Virus record (IMG/VR): IMGVR_UViG_3300006802_000003
Span: 1-62,468 of that record
Length of the DNA stretch: 62,468 bases
DNA from: a virus
Lineage: Duplodnaviria > Caudoviricetes
Strand: one strand, 5' to 3'
Shown: piece after piece, positions 48,092-56,782 of the stretch
Layout: every line of letters starts with the position of its first letter
Position numbering within the stretch: position 1 is the first letter of the stretch
Translations under genes and position numbers: made by a program
Notes under the pieces: model-generated
Database searches by the model: none
What the model saw: only the letters and a program-made list of their open reading frames with translations
What the model was told of the DNA's origin: nothing

Positions 48092-48662
48092 TCCGCTGGC
48101 CCACCTTAATCAAGGCTACTCATATGCGGCTGACGATTCGCGGTTTCTTGACTATGCGGCCAGAAGCGAGCCTTGGCGGTTTGCGGTTGTTACCCACCTG
48201 GAGGCAATCGGGGAGAGGCTAAAGGTCAAGCCGATGCAGCTTCGCCCACACCATTCGCAGCGCCGCAAGTTCAAGGACGGCGGAGACATATGGACCGAGG
48301 ACGGGAGATTGATCGAGGTCAAGGGTATGTTTACGGCCCATTGGAACGACCGGCGCAACTTCCCCAAGTCGGAGGGCCACCAGCCGCAAGCCGGCCACAT
48401 GATAATCGATGATGTCTATAAGGTTCACGAGAAGCCAGTTTTCCCGTGGGCATATTTCCGCGTCAACGCCTGCAAATCGCTCGCGCTTGTTGCCTATGAC
48501 ACATCGCGCCCGCAGTGGATTCAAAAAGAGGTCTACACCAGAGTATCGAAGCGGTGGAACACGCTGTATCTGTGTCCGCTTAAATGGACCCACCTGGTCC
48601 CACTACATGGCGCGACATCGATGTGTCCGCGCTGCACACCAAGAGGAGCAAGACATGACTAA
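48084..48662 (+). CDS. PD-(D/E)XK nuclease-like protein
   Basis: DGGDI...LIEVKG. Confidence 0.6.
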   Translation: MPDPLAHLNQGYSYAADDSRFLDYAARSEPWRFAVVTHLEAIGERLKVKPMQLRPHHSQRRKFKDGGDIWTEDGRLIEVKGMFTAHWNDRRNFPKSEGHQPQAGHMIIDDVYKVHEKPVFPWAYFRVNACKSLALVAYDTSRPQWIQKEVYTRVSKRWNTLYLCPLKWTHLVPLHGATSMCPRCTPRGARHD

Positions 48663-48828
48663 AGAGGAACTAAAGCTGCAGCGTCAGGAACTGATGTATT
48701 CGCAGCGAATGCTGGGCGAGGCGCTGGGAGCGTCGCGTAACACGGTCGTTGCATGGGAGAGTGGCCGCCGTCCGGTGCCGAAGTGGATGAAATGGGCAAT
48801 CATCGGATTGCGGGCGGTGAAAGCATGA
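48655..48828 (+). CDS. Small HTH regulator (Aca-like)
   Basis: MT.EELK..R..L.YSQ..LGEALG.SRNTV.AWESGRRPVP. Confidence 0.8.
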   Translation: MTKEELKLQRQELMYSQRMLGEALGASRNTVVAWESGRRPVPKWMKWAIIGLRAVKA

Positions 48829-48992
48829 TCGCGCTAGGTGTGACCATTTGTATTGTTGGGCAACTTGTCGGGATCGTCGGCGGGTTCATCGCCGGGCAGA
48901 GCGATGAGCACAACAATCTGGCCTTGGCGTTAATGGTTGGTGCGCTGGCAATGGCTGGAGCTGGTGTTGCGCTGGTGGAGATAGGGGGTTGA
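48825..48992 (+). CDS. Small two-TM membrane protein
   Basis: ATGA overlap; two hydrophobic helices. Confidence 0.6.
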   Translation: MIALGVTICIVGQLVGIVGGFIAGQSDEHNNLALALMVGALAMAGAGVALVEIGG

Positions 48993-49007
48993 CAAACGCA
49001 ACACCAT
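48988..49007 (+). promoter_or_regulatory. Repeated promoter/operator, copy 2
   Basis: 20-bp identity to copy 1. Confidence 0.75.
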
Positions 49008-49055
49008 GAACGCATGATCGCGCTTGTCACTAGCCAACTGAAAGGAGCAAGACAG

Positions 49056-49319
49056 ATGGCAGACAAGCTCAAAATCAAGTTCATTGCCGACCCAGGGCAT
49101 GGATGGCTGCAAGTACACCGCGGCGAATTGGTGAAGTACGGGATTGAAGCGAAGATTTCGTCCTTTAGCTACCAGCACGGCGAAACGGTGTATCTCGAGG
49201 AGGACTGCGACGCAGCTCACTACCTCAACGCGCTGAAAGCGGACGGGATTGATGTTGAGTTCATCGAGGTGTTTCAGGACCCGACACCGATCCGCAACTA
49301 CCCCTCATACACTCACTAA
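49056..49319 (+). CDS. Hypothetical protein
   Basis: GGAGCAAG RBS; DPGHGWL..YLEEDCD motif. Confidence 0.75.
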   Translation: MADKLKIKFIADPGHGWLQVHRGELVKYGIEAKISSFSYQHGETVYLEEDCDAAHYLNALKADGIDVEFIEVFQDPTPIRNYPSYTH

Positions 49320-49371
49320 AACCTGACGGGCCGGGCCTCACAAGCCCGGCCTAACCCATTGGAGCAAAGCA

Positions 49372-49607
49372 ATGGCCGATAAATTCTATCTCTTCGACGT
49401 GAAACTGTTCGCATCGGTTCGCGTCAAGGCGACGTCGGAAGCGGACGCGCGCCGCCAACTGAAAGAACAGATCGACCACGCCGAATGCAATTTCGGCTCA
49501 TGGGAGAACGGCGAGCTGATCATTGCAATGTCAACGATCGACGACGGTATCCTGCTTTGGTCGAGGTTATGGACGAGAACAACAACTTCATTGAGGAGTT
49601 CGCCTGA
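49372..49607 (+). pseudogene. Small gene with apparent 1-nt frameshift near 49549
   Basis: An alternative frame gives PALVEVMDENNNFIEEFA* with its TGA coupled to the next ATG. Confidence 0.5.
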
Positions 49608-49813
49608 TGCCAACGATCCGGATCATCCTTGGAGAAGATGCCTGCCACGCCTACACGCACGAAAACGTGCGAGACAGCGCCAAGCTGGGCGATCTAGGCG
49701 GCGAGGTTAAGCGCAAGCACTTCGCAACCGGCGCAGAGCTGGCCGCATACATCGAAGGCCTTGACGATGGGCAAGGCTATTTTGACTACATTTACGAAAC
49801 CCTAAACGACTGA
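49607..49813 (+). CDS. Hypothetical protein
   Basis: GAGGAG SD; F.T.AEL.AY..G motif. Confidence 0.7.
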   Translation: MPTIRIILGEDACHAYTHENVRDSAKLGDLGGEVKRKHFATGAELAAYIEGLDDGQGYFDYIYETLND

Positions 49814-49834
49814 CCAGCGCGAAAGGAGCAAGAC

Positions 49835-50305
49835 ATGAGCGCGTTTTATGTAGGGACTGACCATATCAATGCCATGCTGACGATACTGCAGCACACCGGC
49901 TATAACAGCGGGCGCAATGGCTACTGGATCGACAAGCCCACCAGAGCTCAATTGACCGATCTAGGTAAGGTGCTGATTGCCGAAAATCTCAAGAGCCTTG
50001 AATACCGTTATCCAACCGATCCCGACAACAAGCACAATGGGGGAGAGGTCGAGGGCTTCACATATGAGCCCGACCTGCGTGTAATGTCTGACATGAGCAC
50101 CCGCACGATGTCCGATCTGTTCCTGTGCTACGAATATCAGGCTTGCGAGCACGATGCATTTGAACAGTCGTGGGCGCAGCGGATTGTCAACGGCGCAATC
50201 AAGAGCATTGCCCGGCGCAATCCCGAACAGAAGCACATCAGCGCTTGGCCATATCAGCGCGACAAGAAGCAGCCAAAGATGGTTCTATTATCTGAACCAG
50301 CCTAA
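49835..50305 (+). CDS. Hypothetical protein
   Basis: GGAGCAAG RBS; EN.KS..YRY and CYEYQACE motifs. Confidence 0.78.
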   Translation: MSAFYVGTDHINAMLTILQHTGYNSGRNGYWIDKPTRAQLTDLGKVLIAENLKSLEYRYPTDPDNKHNGGEVEGFTYEPDLRVMSDMSTRTMSDLFLCYEYQACEHDAFEQSWAQRIVNGAIKSIARRNPEQKHISAWPYQRDKKQPKMVLLSEPA

Positions 50306-50316
50306 GCCAGAACCAG

Positions 50317-50357
50317 GTTGACAAACGCAACACATTGGAGGACGATGTGTTGCGTTT
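50317..50357 (+). promoter_or_regulatory. Repeated promoter, copy 3, with 13-bp perfect inverted repeat
   Basis: AAACGCAACACAT-N9-ATGTGTTGCGTTT overlapping the TTGACA promoter. Confidence 0.8.
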
Positions 50358-50381
50358 TCATATGTGAAAGGAGCAAGTCAC

Positions 50382-50699
50382 ATGAAACTCACGCAGACAA
50401 CAGCACCTGTGCAATTCAGTGTAAGCAGCAACTACTTGAACGATCCGGCACCTACAGATTTCACGCTGCAGGACCTCGAACTGTGCCGGATCATATCTGG
50501 TAAGTCGGACGAAAAGGAACGCTGCCCAGTGTTCCATGATTTGATACCGTGGAAAAGCTGTACTGTGATCGTACCCCTCAAGCACGAGCAAGACGCGCTT
50601 TATTGGCTGGATTTCATACACGGCGCTGACTCGATCCAATGGCGCAAGCCTATCGATGATCGCAGCGTCGCGATCCGCAGCAATTACATGGCATGGTGA
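50382..50699 (+). CDS. Hypothetical protein
   Basis: GGAGCAAG RBS. Confidence 0.7.
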   Translation: MKLTQTTAPVQFSVSSNYLNDPAPTDFTLQDLELCRIISGKSDEKERCPVFHDLIPWKSCTVIVPLKHEQDALYWLDFIHGADSIQWRKPIDDRSVAIRSNYMAW

Positions 50700-50704
50700 G
50701 AGAC

Positions 50705-50941
50705 ATGGCTAAAATTCCAGAAGAAAGAACGGCGGAACAGATCGCCAAGGCAATCGACTTTGGCCAACTGAATTACGGGCAGAGCATCGACCTGAACGCC
50801 GCGTTGGTGAAGGCTATCAACGCAATGGCCTATTGGTCAGGATCGGATAGCTGTCTCCATATGATCGCAGCATTGCAGGCAGAGGTCCAAGTCAGGCAAG
50901 CCGAGTGTTTTCGCGAGACGGAAGGAAAGGAGAAAGCATAA
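50705..50941 (+). CDS. Hypothetical protein
   Basis: Contiguous ORF. Confidence 0.6.
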   Translation: MAKIPEERTAEQIAKAIDFGQLNYGQSIDLNAALVKAINAMAYWSGSDSCLHMIAALQAEVQVRQAECFRETEGKEKA

Positions 50942-51135
50942 TGGCAAAACATATTGTGTTCACCCTTCACGTTGATTCAAGCAACCATGCCTTCCAAGAG
51001 GATCACGCGCACGAGATTGCCCGCATTCTCAAAGAGGTTGTCGCCAAGCTGGACGCAGGCAAGGTCGTGAACCGCTTGCATGATGTCAACGGCAACTTTG
51101 TGGGATCGGCCACCATGTATGTGAGTGACGTATAA
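50941..51135 (+). CDS. Hypothetical protein
   Basis: AAGGAG SD; N.AF..EIARIL..D.NGN.VG motif. Confidence 0.7.
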   Translation: MAKHIVFTLHVDSSNHAFQEDHAHEIARILKEVVAKLDAGKVVNRLHDVNGNFVGSATMYVSDV

Positions 51136-51332
51136 TGGTGTGGGTCGTCATATGTCGCGACAACGGTTATCCAACCGACGAGTGTCGCAAACCCACATGG
51201 GATGAGGCGCTGCACCTTGCCCGTAAATGGGCAGAGTGCCTAACATCAGAGGACTTCCCTAGCCTCAAAGCCGGGGAACAGGTTGAAATTGGAGACTGTG
51301 AAACCATCGAGATACAGGAGCAAGCACGATGA
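51135..51332 (+). CDS. Hypothetical protein
   Basis: TAATG coupling. Confidence 0.55.
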   Translation: MVWVVICRDNGYPTDECRKPTWDEALHLARKWAECLTSEDFPSLKAGEQVEIGDCETIEIQEQAR

Positions 51333-51847
51333 ACCTCGAAATGAAATCCATCAAATACGCCGCATTCGCTTCACAAGAGACAAATTGCTTCGAGGCCGTC
51401 ATATGGAAGGACGGACAACCGTGGGCGCACGTCTCTAACGAGGGACACGGCGGACCAGATCGGTTTGAACCCATATATCCAGAAGCGCAACCAAACTTCT
51501 ATGACGATGTGAAGGTGGTGAACGATGCACTGGCATCCTCACCAGAAGGCATCAGATACACCGCAAGATGCAAAAAAGATTACAAGATGAACCTCACATT
51601 CGATCTTGAAGCATGGTGTGGCGAGCGCCTAGAGGATCACCTACAGAAACAGAAGCTGAAAAGAACGCTGCGCAACAAAGTGGTGTTTATCGACAAGGGC
51701 AAGCTGTTTCAGATCGGTTACAACAATAAGCGCAAGGTCGATACGTTGCTGGTGGAGCATGTGAGACAGAAATATCCAGAGGCCGTCGTGCTTAACACGA
51801 TGAAACCAGACATGGCTTTTGAGGCTTGGCAGACAGTCGCGGACTGA
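51329..51847 (+). CDS. Hypothetical protein
   Basis: GGAGCAAG RBS; SQETNCF..VSNEGHGG motif. Confidence 0.78.
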   Translation: MNLEMKSIKYAAFASQETNCFEAVIWKDGQPWAHVSNEGHGGPDRFEPIYPEAQPNFYDDVKVVNDALASSPEGIRYTARCKKDYKMNLTFDLEAWCGERLEDHLQKQKLKRTLRNKVVFIDKGKLFQIGYNNKRKVDTLLVEHVRQKYPEAVVLNTMKPDMAFEAWQTVAD

Positions 51848-51870
51848 TCCAGCCAAATCAGCTAGGCAGG

Positions 51871-51897
51871 AGCCCGGTGCAAGCCGGGCTTTTGTTT
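51871..51897 (+). terminator. Rho-independent terminator
   Basis: AGCCCGGT-GCAA-GCCGGGCT followed by TTTGTTT. Confidence 0.75.
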
Positions 51898-52048
51898 GCC
51901 TTGATGCACACACAGATGCGCACCTGCGACGCAATGGGCGGGTTATCCGATGCGCATATGTGACGGCCCGTCCGAGTATTGCGCAAATGCGCAGTGACGC
52001 ATACACTGCACACCCATTGTAGGGCTAGGCACAATGGACAACTGCAGG

Positions 52049-52600
52049 ATGGCGCGCACCAGAGGTCCAAAAGGCCTGATACCCTATCGCAAGAAGCGCA
52101 AGAGCGGCGCGCAAAAGCGCAAGGCGACCATCGATCCGACACCAGAATTGTTGAAGCGCAAGGCGGACGCGCTAGGGCGATCCCCATCGAGCGCAACACG
52201 CAATCAATCCATCGAGCCCCTAGATGTTATGCTGTTTCATGGCCTGATCGACCCCGGCGCCCACCGTGCCGGGGTTATGTTTGGCTACTTGCGGTTCGTC
52301 GTTTACGGCCGCCAGCGCGAGTGTGCGCACCTGGTCGCCGTCATTCACGGCCACCTATCGAGCGAGGACGCGCGGGATCGCCTGCTAACTGATGATGAGC
52401 TGATCGACAAGCGCGAGCGCGAGGAGGCCTCTTACAACAAGGCTTGTGCGCTGCTGAAATCGCTAGATCGAAGCTGGTTGGCCGCGGCCCAGTCGGTGCT
52501 GATCGATGGGCGCTGGCCCGACTATCTCACGCGAGTGAGGGCGATCCGTGCATTCAAGGCGCTGGCCCAGGTGTGGGGGATACGGGAGGGCGATCTATGA
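52049..52600 (+). CDS. Hypothetical protein (possible transcription regulator)
   Basis: Basic N-terminus; PLD...GLID...RAG motif. Confidence 0.6.
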   Translation: MARTRGPKGLIPYRKKRKSGAQKRKATIDPTPELLKRKADALGRSPSSATRNQSIEPLDVMLFHGLIDPGAHRAGVMFGYLRFVVYGRQRECAHLVAVIHGHLSSEDARDRLLTDDELIDKREREEASYNKACALLKSLDRSWLAAAQSVLIDGRWPDYLTRVRAIRAFKALAQVWGIREGDL

Positions 52601-52962
52601 GCATGTGCCGGGACTGCGCTCAAATGCGGCGGGAACTGGAATTGATCCGCCTAGAGCTGTATCTCCTGCGCAAGGCAATAAGCCGTGAGCGGCGCTTTGA
52701 TCCCAAGCTGTGCTTAACGCCGGCCCAGTCGCGGGTGCTATCGCTGATGTTGCGGCGTCCCGTAGTCGCAAACGATGCGCTGGCCGCCGTGACTTGCGGG
52801 CATATGCGGGAAGGATCTGTTGATAGTGTCAAAACGCAAATGTGCCGGTTGCGCCGTGTGCTCAAGCAACACGACATCCACATCAAGACCATGCGGGCCG
52901 TAGGGTATTACCTAGAGGGCGAGGACAAGAAGAAGCTCGCAAGGCTGGCGGTATGGTCATAA
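52597..52962 (+). CDS. OmpR/CtrA-type winged-helix protein without receiver domain
   Basis: LTPAQSRVL..L..VKTQMCRLRR.L..IKTMRAVGY. Confidence 0.75.
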   Translation: MSMCRDCAQMRRELELIRLELYLLRKAISRERRFDPKLCLTPAQSRVLSLMLRRPVVANDALAAVTCGHMREGSVDSVKTQMCRLRRVLKQHDIHIKTMRAVGYYLEGEDKKKLARLAVWS

Positions 52963-53192
52963 ATCAAAATAAACGGCCCACCACGCCGCCGAATGGCATC
53001 GCGATACACTACGATGAAATAACGTACAAATGGTCGTTCACTAGCTGCCCAGGTGGATTGTTGACCGACGAAAACGGCAAGCCGATCACCCTTGACGCAT
53101 CGGTTGGCCGACAATCCCGCTACGCATACGATGAGCTGCAGAAGGAAGGTGAACGCATTATGCGCTGCATGGCGATCTGCAGGCAATTATGA
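52953..53192 (+). CDS. Hypothetical protein
   Basis: Overlaps previous gene. Confidence 0.5.
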   Translation: MVINQNKRPTTPPNGIAIHYDEITYKWSFTSCPGGLLTDENGKPITLDASVGRQSRYAYDELQKEGERIMRCMAICRQL

Positions 53193-53207
53193 GAGGAGAG
53201 CAAGACG

Positions 53208-53936
53208 ATGAACACTGGCAAGATCACCCAAGCGGAAATGGTGGAGCTGTTTGGCGAGAAAGCCCCGATTGAGGCTATCACCCTGCTATTCGACGCAAAG
53301 CCTACCGAAACCGTGGGCGAGATACGCGCCAAGCTACGAGCCATAGCGGAGGCCAACAAGCCGCCAAAGCTGGAGGGCATTCCAAACGACACGGCCGCCA
53401 TGCGGATCATGGCAGAATACGTGGAGTTCGGCACCATCAAGGACTTGGAGACAGCCACCCAAATCATGCGCAACCTGTCGTGGATACGTGATCAGATGGA
53501 AATCAACACAGGAAGCGACGCAATGGACCGCCAACTGCAGGATATAGCGCAGATCGGCGCGTTCATGGCCTATTGCCAGGCTGTGGGAGCCGTCACGCCA
53601 GAGGTTCGCGGCTCACGCATAGGGCTGGAGATTTGTGTCGATGATACCGCGGGCGAAGAGACGAACTGTTGCGTGGGTGATTGTATCATGCTGGACGAGA
53701 CAAAAGGCACACCTCTTGATTTGTGGTTCTGCCTGAAAGTGATTGACCTTTGTTATGCGGAAGGCCGGGCGGTTCACAAGCATGCACCACGGCAGATGGA
53801 ACGCATTCGTGGCATGATCGATGACCTACTGACCGATGGGACTTGGCCAACCAGTGGCCACGGTTATCACAAGATCAGAAGGAAGTGGTTGCAGGCATGC
53901 AGAGCGGACCTGGACAAGCAGGAGGCTACGCAATGA
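53208..53936 (+). CDS. Hypothetical protein
   Basis: GAGGAGAGCAAG RBS; 242 aa. Confidence 0.7.
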   Translation: MNTGKITQAEMVELFGEKAPIEAITLLFDAKPTETVGEIRAKLRAIAEANKPPKLEGIPNDTAAMRIMAEYVEFGTIKDLETATQIMRNLSWIRDQMEINTGSDAMDRQLQDIAQIGAFMAYCQAVGAVTPEVRGSRIGLEICVDDTAGEETNCCVGDCIMLDETKGTPLDLWFCLKVIDLCYAEGRAVHKHAPRQMERIRGMIDDLLTDGTWPTSGHGYHKIRRKWLQACRADLDKQEATQ

Positions 53937-54103
53937 ATGCCCAGATACAGCTAATGCGGTCCCTGCTGGTGCTGATGCGCGACGTTCGCGGCCACATCGA
54001 TCCCACCAATCAGGCCTTTCTGCACATGAGCCACGCCATTGAGAGCGTTGAACGCGCTTGCATACAGGAGCAACAGGACCATGAAGGACAAGGCCAAGAA
54101 TGA
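53933..54103 (+). CDS. Small hypothetical protein
   Basis: GGAGG SD; ATGA overlap. Confidence 0.55.
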   Translation: MNAQIQLMRSLLVLMRDVRGHIDPTNQAFLHMSHAIESVERACIQEQQDHEGQGQE

Positions 54104-54270
54104 CTGAATGGCTGCTGATAATGATACTTGTCTGGCGTGGATCGGCCATCGAGCAAGTGCTATTCGCCAACCAGCAGGAATGCCTGGCGGCAAAGGCTCG
54201 GATCGAACAAGGGTTTGAGGACGGCGGGTTGACGATGATGTGCGTCCAGAGGACGTGGACCTATGACTAA
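54100..54270 (+). CDS. Small exported protein (56 aa, not in ORF track)
   Basis: MTEWLLIMILVW..F..QQECLAA..CV; overlaps both neighbours. Confidence 0.55.
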   Translation: MTEWLLIMILVWRGSAIEQVLFANQQECLAAKARIEQGFEDGGLTMMCVQRTWTYD

Positions 54271-54496
54271 GGGCAACCATACAAAGTGGATCGCTGTCAG
54301 TGCTGACGGGGAGATTTTGGCAGACAAGTGCCGCTGGGCAGACAATGGCGACCTAGTGTTCGAGATTAAGCGGGCAGGCACGCTCCACGCAGTTATGCCG
54401 CTCATCGAGGCATACACCTACCATCACATCGACAAGCACCAGTGCCACGTTAATCCGGGCGATACCGTGTCGCTGTCTTTCCGGCCCGAGAACTAG
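54263..54496 (+). CDS. Hypothetical protein
   Basis: Contiguous ORF. Confidence 0.55.
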   Translation: MTKGNHTKWIAVSADGEILADKCRWADNGDLVFEIKRAGTLHAVMPLIEAYTYHHIDKHQCHVNPGDTVSLSFRPEN

Positions 54497-54508
54497 GGAC
54501 TTAATCGA

Positions 54509-55045
54509 ATGCCGTATGACATACAGGAGGGGAAAGCGGTGATCTGCCCGCCTAAGTGCGCCACAACGATGATAATGCATGTATGGCGCTACCTGGGCTT
54601 TGAGGAGCGCATGCCAGACCACGTTCCGGCGTGGGTAATGCTTTCTGATCTGCAGAAGGCAGGCAATCCACCGATGCAATGGGCTATGAACGTCCGCCAT
54701 CCAGAGGAGAGACTGGCCAGCATGGTCAATAGCCAGCTCTACGGGCGCAACGGCAATCCAGACCACATCCTCGACCGCGTAATGCTTGGCGAGTGGATAT
54801 TGGTGAAGCCGCAAAGCTGGTTTTTGGAGAACACACCCGACGATCTGGACCTGACATTGTTCCCATTCGCACCTCACATGCCCATAGTTAAGTGGCTAGG
54901 CTACATCGATCCACGCGGCGACGTGCCGGTTGCGAACAGGAGCATGGGGGAGCTCACCATCGAGGAGCTGCGCGCATTGCCTGGATGGAAGGATGCACTG
55001 GCCATGTACGATAGCGACTGGGCATTATGGGAGAAGGTCAAGTGA
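54509..55045 (+). CDS. Sulfotransferase family 2-like protein
   Basis: PPKCATT (5'-PSB-like), VRHPEERLAS (3'-PB-like), KPQ and YDSDW. Confidence 0.6.
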   Translation: MPYDIQEGKAVICPPKCATTMIMHVWRYLGFEERMPDHVPAWVMLSDLQKAGNPPMQWAMNVRHPEERLASMVNSQLYGRNGNPDHILDRVMLGEWILVKPQSWFLENTPDDLDLTLFPFAPHMPIVKWLGYIDPRGDVPVANRSMGELTIEELRALPGWKDALAMYDSDWALWEKVK

Positions 55046-55062
55046 CGCTAGGAATGGGCAAA

Positions 55063-55275
55063 ATGCACGAAAAGCCTGGGGTTTTTAGTCCAGAAGAAAA
55101 CAACTGGTTAGGATCGCTGGCCAGCTACCTAGATGAATTTGACGAGCACACCGCTGCAGAACTGGTGCGGGTTGTTGATCGTATGATAACAATTCTGCAG
55201 CAAAACCACCGCGAGGACGTGGACATTGCGTATCATCAGGCGCTACAAGAGGTTAGAGAGGAGCAAGACACATGA
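55063..55275 (+). CDS. Hypothetical protein
   Basis: Acidic helical ORF; start uncertain. Confidence 0.55.
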   Translation: MHEKPGVFSPEENNWLGSLASYLDEFDEHTAAELVRVVDRMITILQQNHREDVDIAYHQALQEVREEQDT

Positions 55276-55541
55276 CATTGAGTTTAATGGATGAACTGGA
55301 TGCAGCCTTCCGCACGGTGCAACGCCTATTGGCCGACATCGAAACAGAGGATGGCAGCCCGGCACACGCCCAGGTTCTCATGGTTGTATCGCTTGAACTG
55401 GGCGATCCCCAAAAGAAGGTGATTATGGTCCCGAACGGGCTCACCAAGGGGCAGGCGCAGCTTGAATTGGAGCAGACCATCGAAATCCTCAAGGCAGGCA
55501 AAGAGAGGAGTGCTGTCAGTGGCGAATTACAGCCGGTTTAG
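55272..55541 (+). CDS. Hypothetical protein
   Basis: GGAGCAAG RBS. Confidence 0.7.
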   Translation: MTLSLMDELDAAFRTVQRLLADIETEDGSPAHAQVLMVVSLELGDPQKKVIMVPNGLTKGQAQLELEQTIEILKAGKERSAVSGELQPV

Positions 55542-55560
55542 ACGGTGGAGACGTGAGCCG

Positions 55561-55695
55561 ATGCTAAAGGATGCCGCGGCATTGTGGGCATTGAGCAAGT
55601 CAACGCTTGAGATTGCGCAGATGCTGCGTGTGTCGGAGCATTTCATTTGGAACAACATGGAAGAGATAAGGGACCTGGCCCATGACAATCGTTGA
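55561..55695 (+). CDS. Small HTH-like protein
   Basis: STLEIAQMLRVSE; start uncertain. Confidence 0.45.
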   Translation: MLKDAAALWALSKSTLEIAQMLRVSEHFIWNNMEEIRDLAHDNR

Positions 55696-55942
55696 CAATC
55701 CCGATCCTGTCTTATTGCAGGCGATCACGCTCAAGCATGCGTTGAGGCTCTACGCCAAGACCGGGCTCCTGCCGAATAGGCAGACCAGCGCAACCAAACT
55801 TTTGCAGATCGCCACTAGAGTGACCGGCAAAAGCTACAAGCGCGGGCAACACGCCAAGGCAGCCGAGGACATTGAAAAGATACTCAAGGCCGGCACCGAT
55901 CCAATCAATCACAGCCAGCAATTGAGCGAAGAACACCACTAG
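55682..55942 (+). CDS. Hypothetical protein
   Basis: TGKSYKRGQ motif; overlaps previous gene. Confidence 0.6.
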   Translation: MTIVDNPDPVLLQAITLKHALRLYAKTGLLPNRQTSATKLLQIATRVTGKSYKRGQHAKAAEDIEKILKAGTDPINHSQQLSEEHH

Positions 55943-55956
55943 AGGAGGCCCGCAGT

Positions 55957-56172
55957 ATGGCAACCGTCACCAAATCGATCCTATGGAGCAAGCGGCTGGA
56001 GAAGTATGTCGCTAGAGTTTCGGTCCTGGCCGAGAGCTGGGCCGTGGATCGCGACGTTTACAGCTATGCCAACGACAAGGAATCGCTGCAGAAGTGGGCA
56101 AAGCGCCAGCAGGAGGCTTGGGCCATCGATCCGCTTGCGCAAATCGTGTTTAACCTTGAGAAGGCAAAGTGA
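55957..56172 (+). CDS. Hypothetical protein
   Basis: GAGGAGG SD. Confidence 0.6.
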   Translation: MATVTKSILWSKRLEKYVARVSVLAESWAVDRDVYSYANDKESLQKWAKRQQEAWAIDPLAQIVFNLEKAK

Positions 56173-56196
56173 TGGCAGCAATACGAGGAGAAGGCG

Positions 56197-56490
56197 ATGA
56201 GTGAAAATGTTAGAATTTGGGAAAGGAAGGTCGGAAAACATAGGACGGAAGACGACGAAAACAAATGGCAAGCCGACATTTTTTGGGGAAACGAAGATCA
56301 TCATGGCATAGGGAAAACACCGTCTGAAGCATTGGTTAGAGCAGCAACGCACTGGGCTTCCCGAAGCCGCTCAATCTCTGCTGCCTGCGCGGCTCTTCAG
56401 GAAGTGGCCGACTTGAGTACGGGGTATGATGACCTCGTTGACGCCCTTAAAATAGCCCGCGCAGCCCTAGAAGAAAAAAGAGTCAGATGA
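56197..56490 (+). CDS. Hypothetical protein
   Basis: GAGGAG SD. Confidence 0.6.
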   Translation: MSENVRIWERKVGKHRTEDDENKWQADIFWGNEDHHGIGKTPSEALVRAATHWASRSRSISAACAALQEVADLSTGYDDLVDALKIARAALEEKRVR

Positions 56491-56493
56491 GTG

Positions 56494-56685
56494 ATGAGTA
56501 GTTGGCAATCAGACATGACACGAGCGCCTATTGGAGAGCGTGTGCTGGTGAAAAACCGTGAAGATGGCACGCCGTACTATGCGGTCAAAGGAAACGACGG
56601 GGAATGGCGGAATCCGGTAGTTCATTCCTGCGTGTATGATCCGCAGTTGTGGAGCAAAGAAAGAATAATTGTTTCAATGACTTAA
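56494..56685 (+). CDS. DUF551-like small protein
   Basis: WQ..M..AP.GERVLV...W pattern. Confidence 0.5.
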   Translation: MSSWQSDMTRAPIGERVLVKNREDGTPYYAVKGNDGEWRNPVVHSCVYDPQLWSKERIIVSMT

Positions 56686-56782
56686 TGCTTCTAATCACCC
56701 AGTTTTCACCATAGAAAAAGCATTTAGCAAAGAACGTCCTGGCAGGGTTTGAGTAACATCCAGCTCTATGATACAAGATTGA

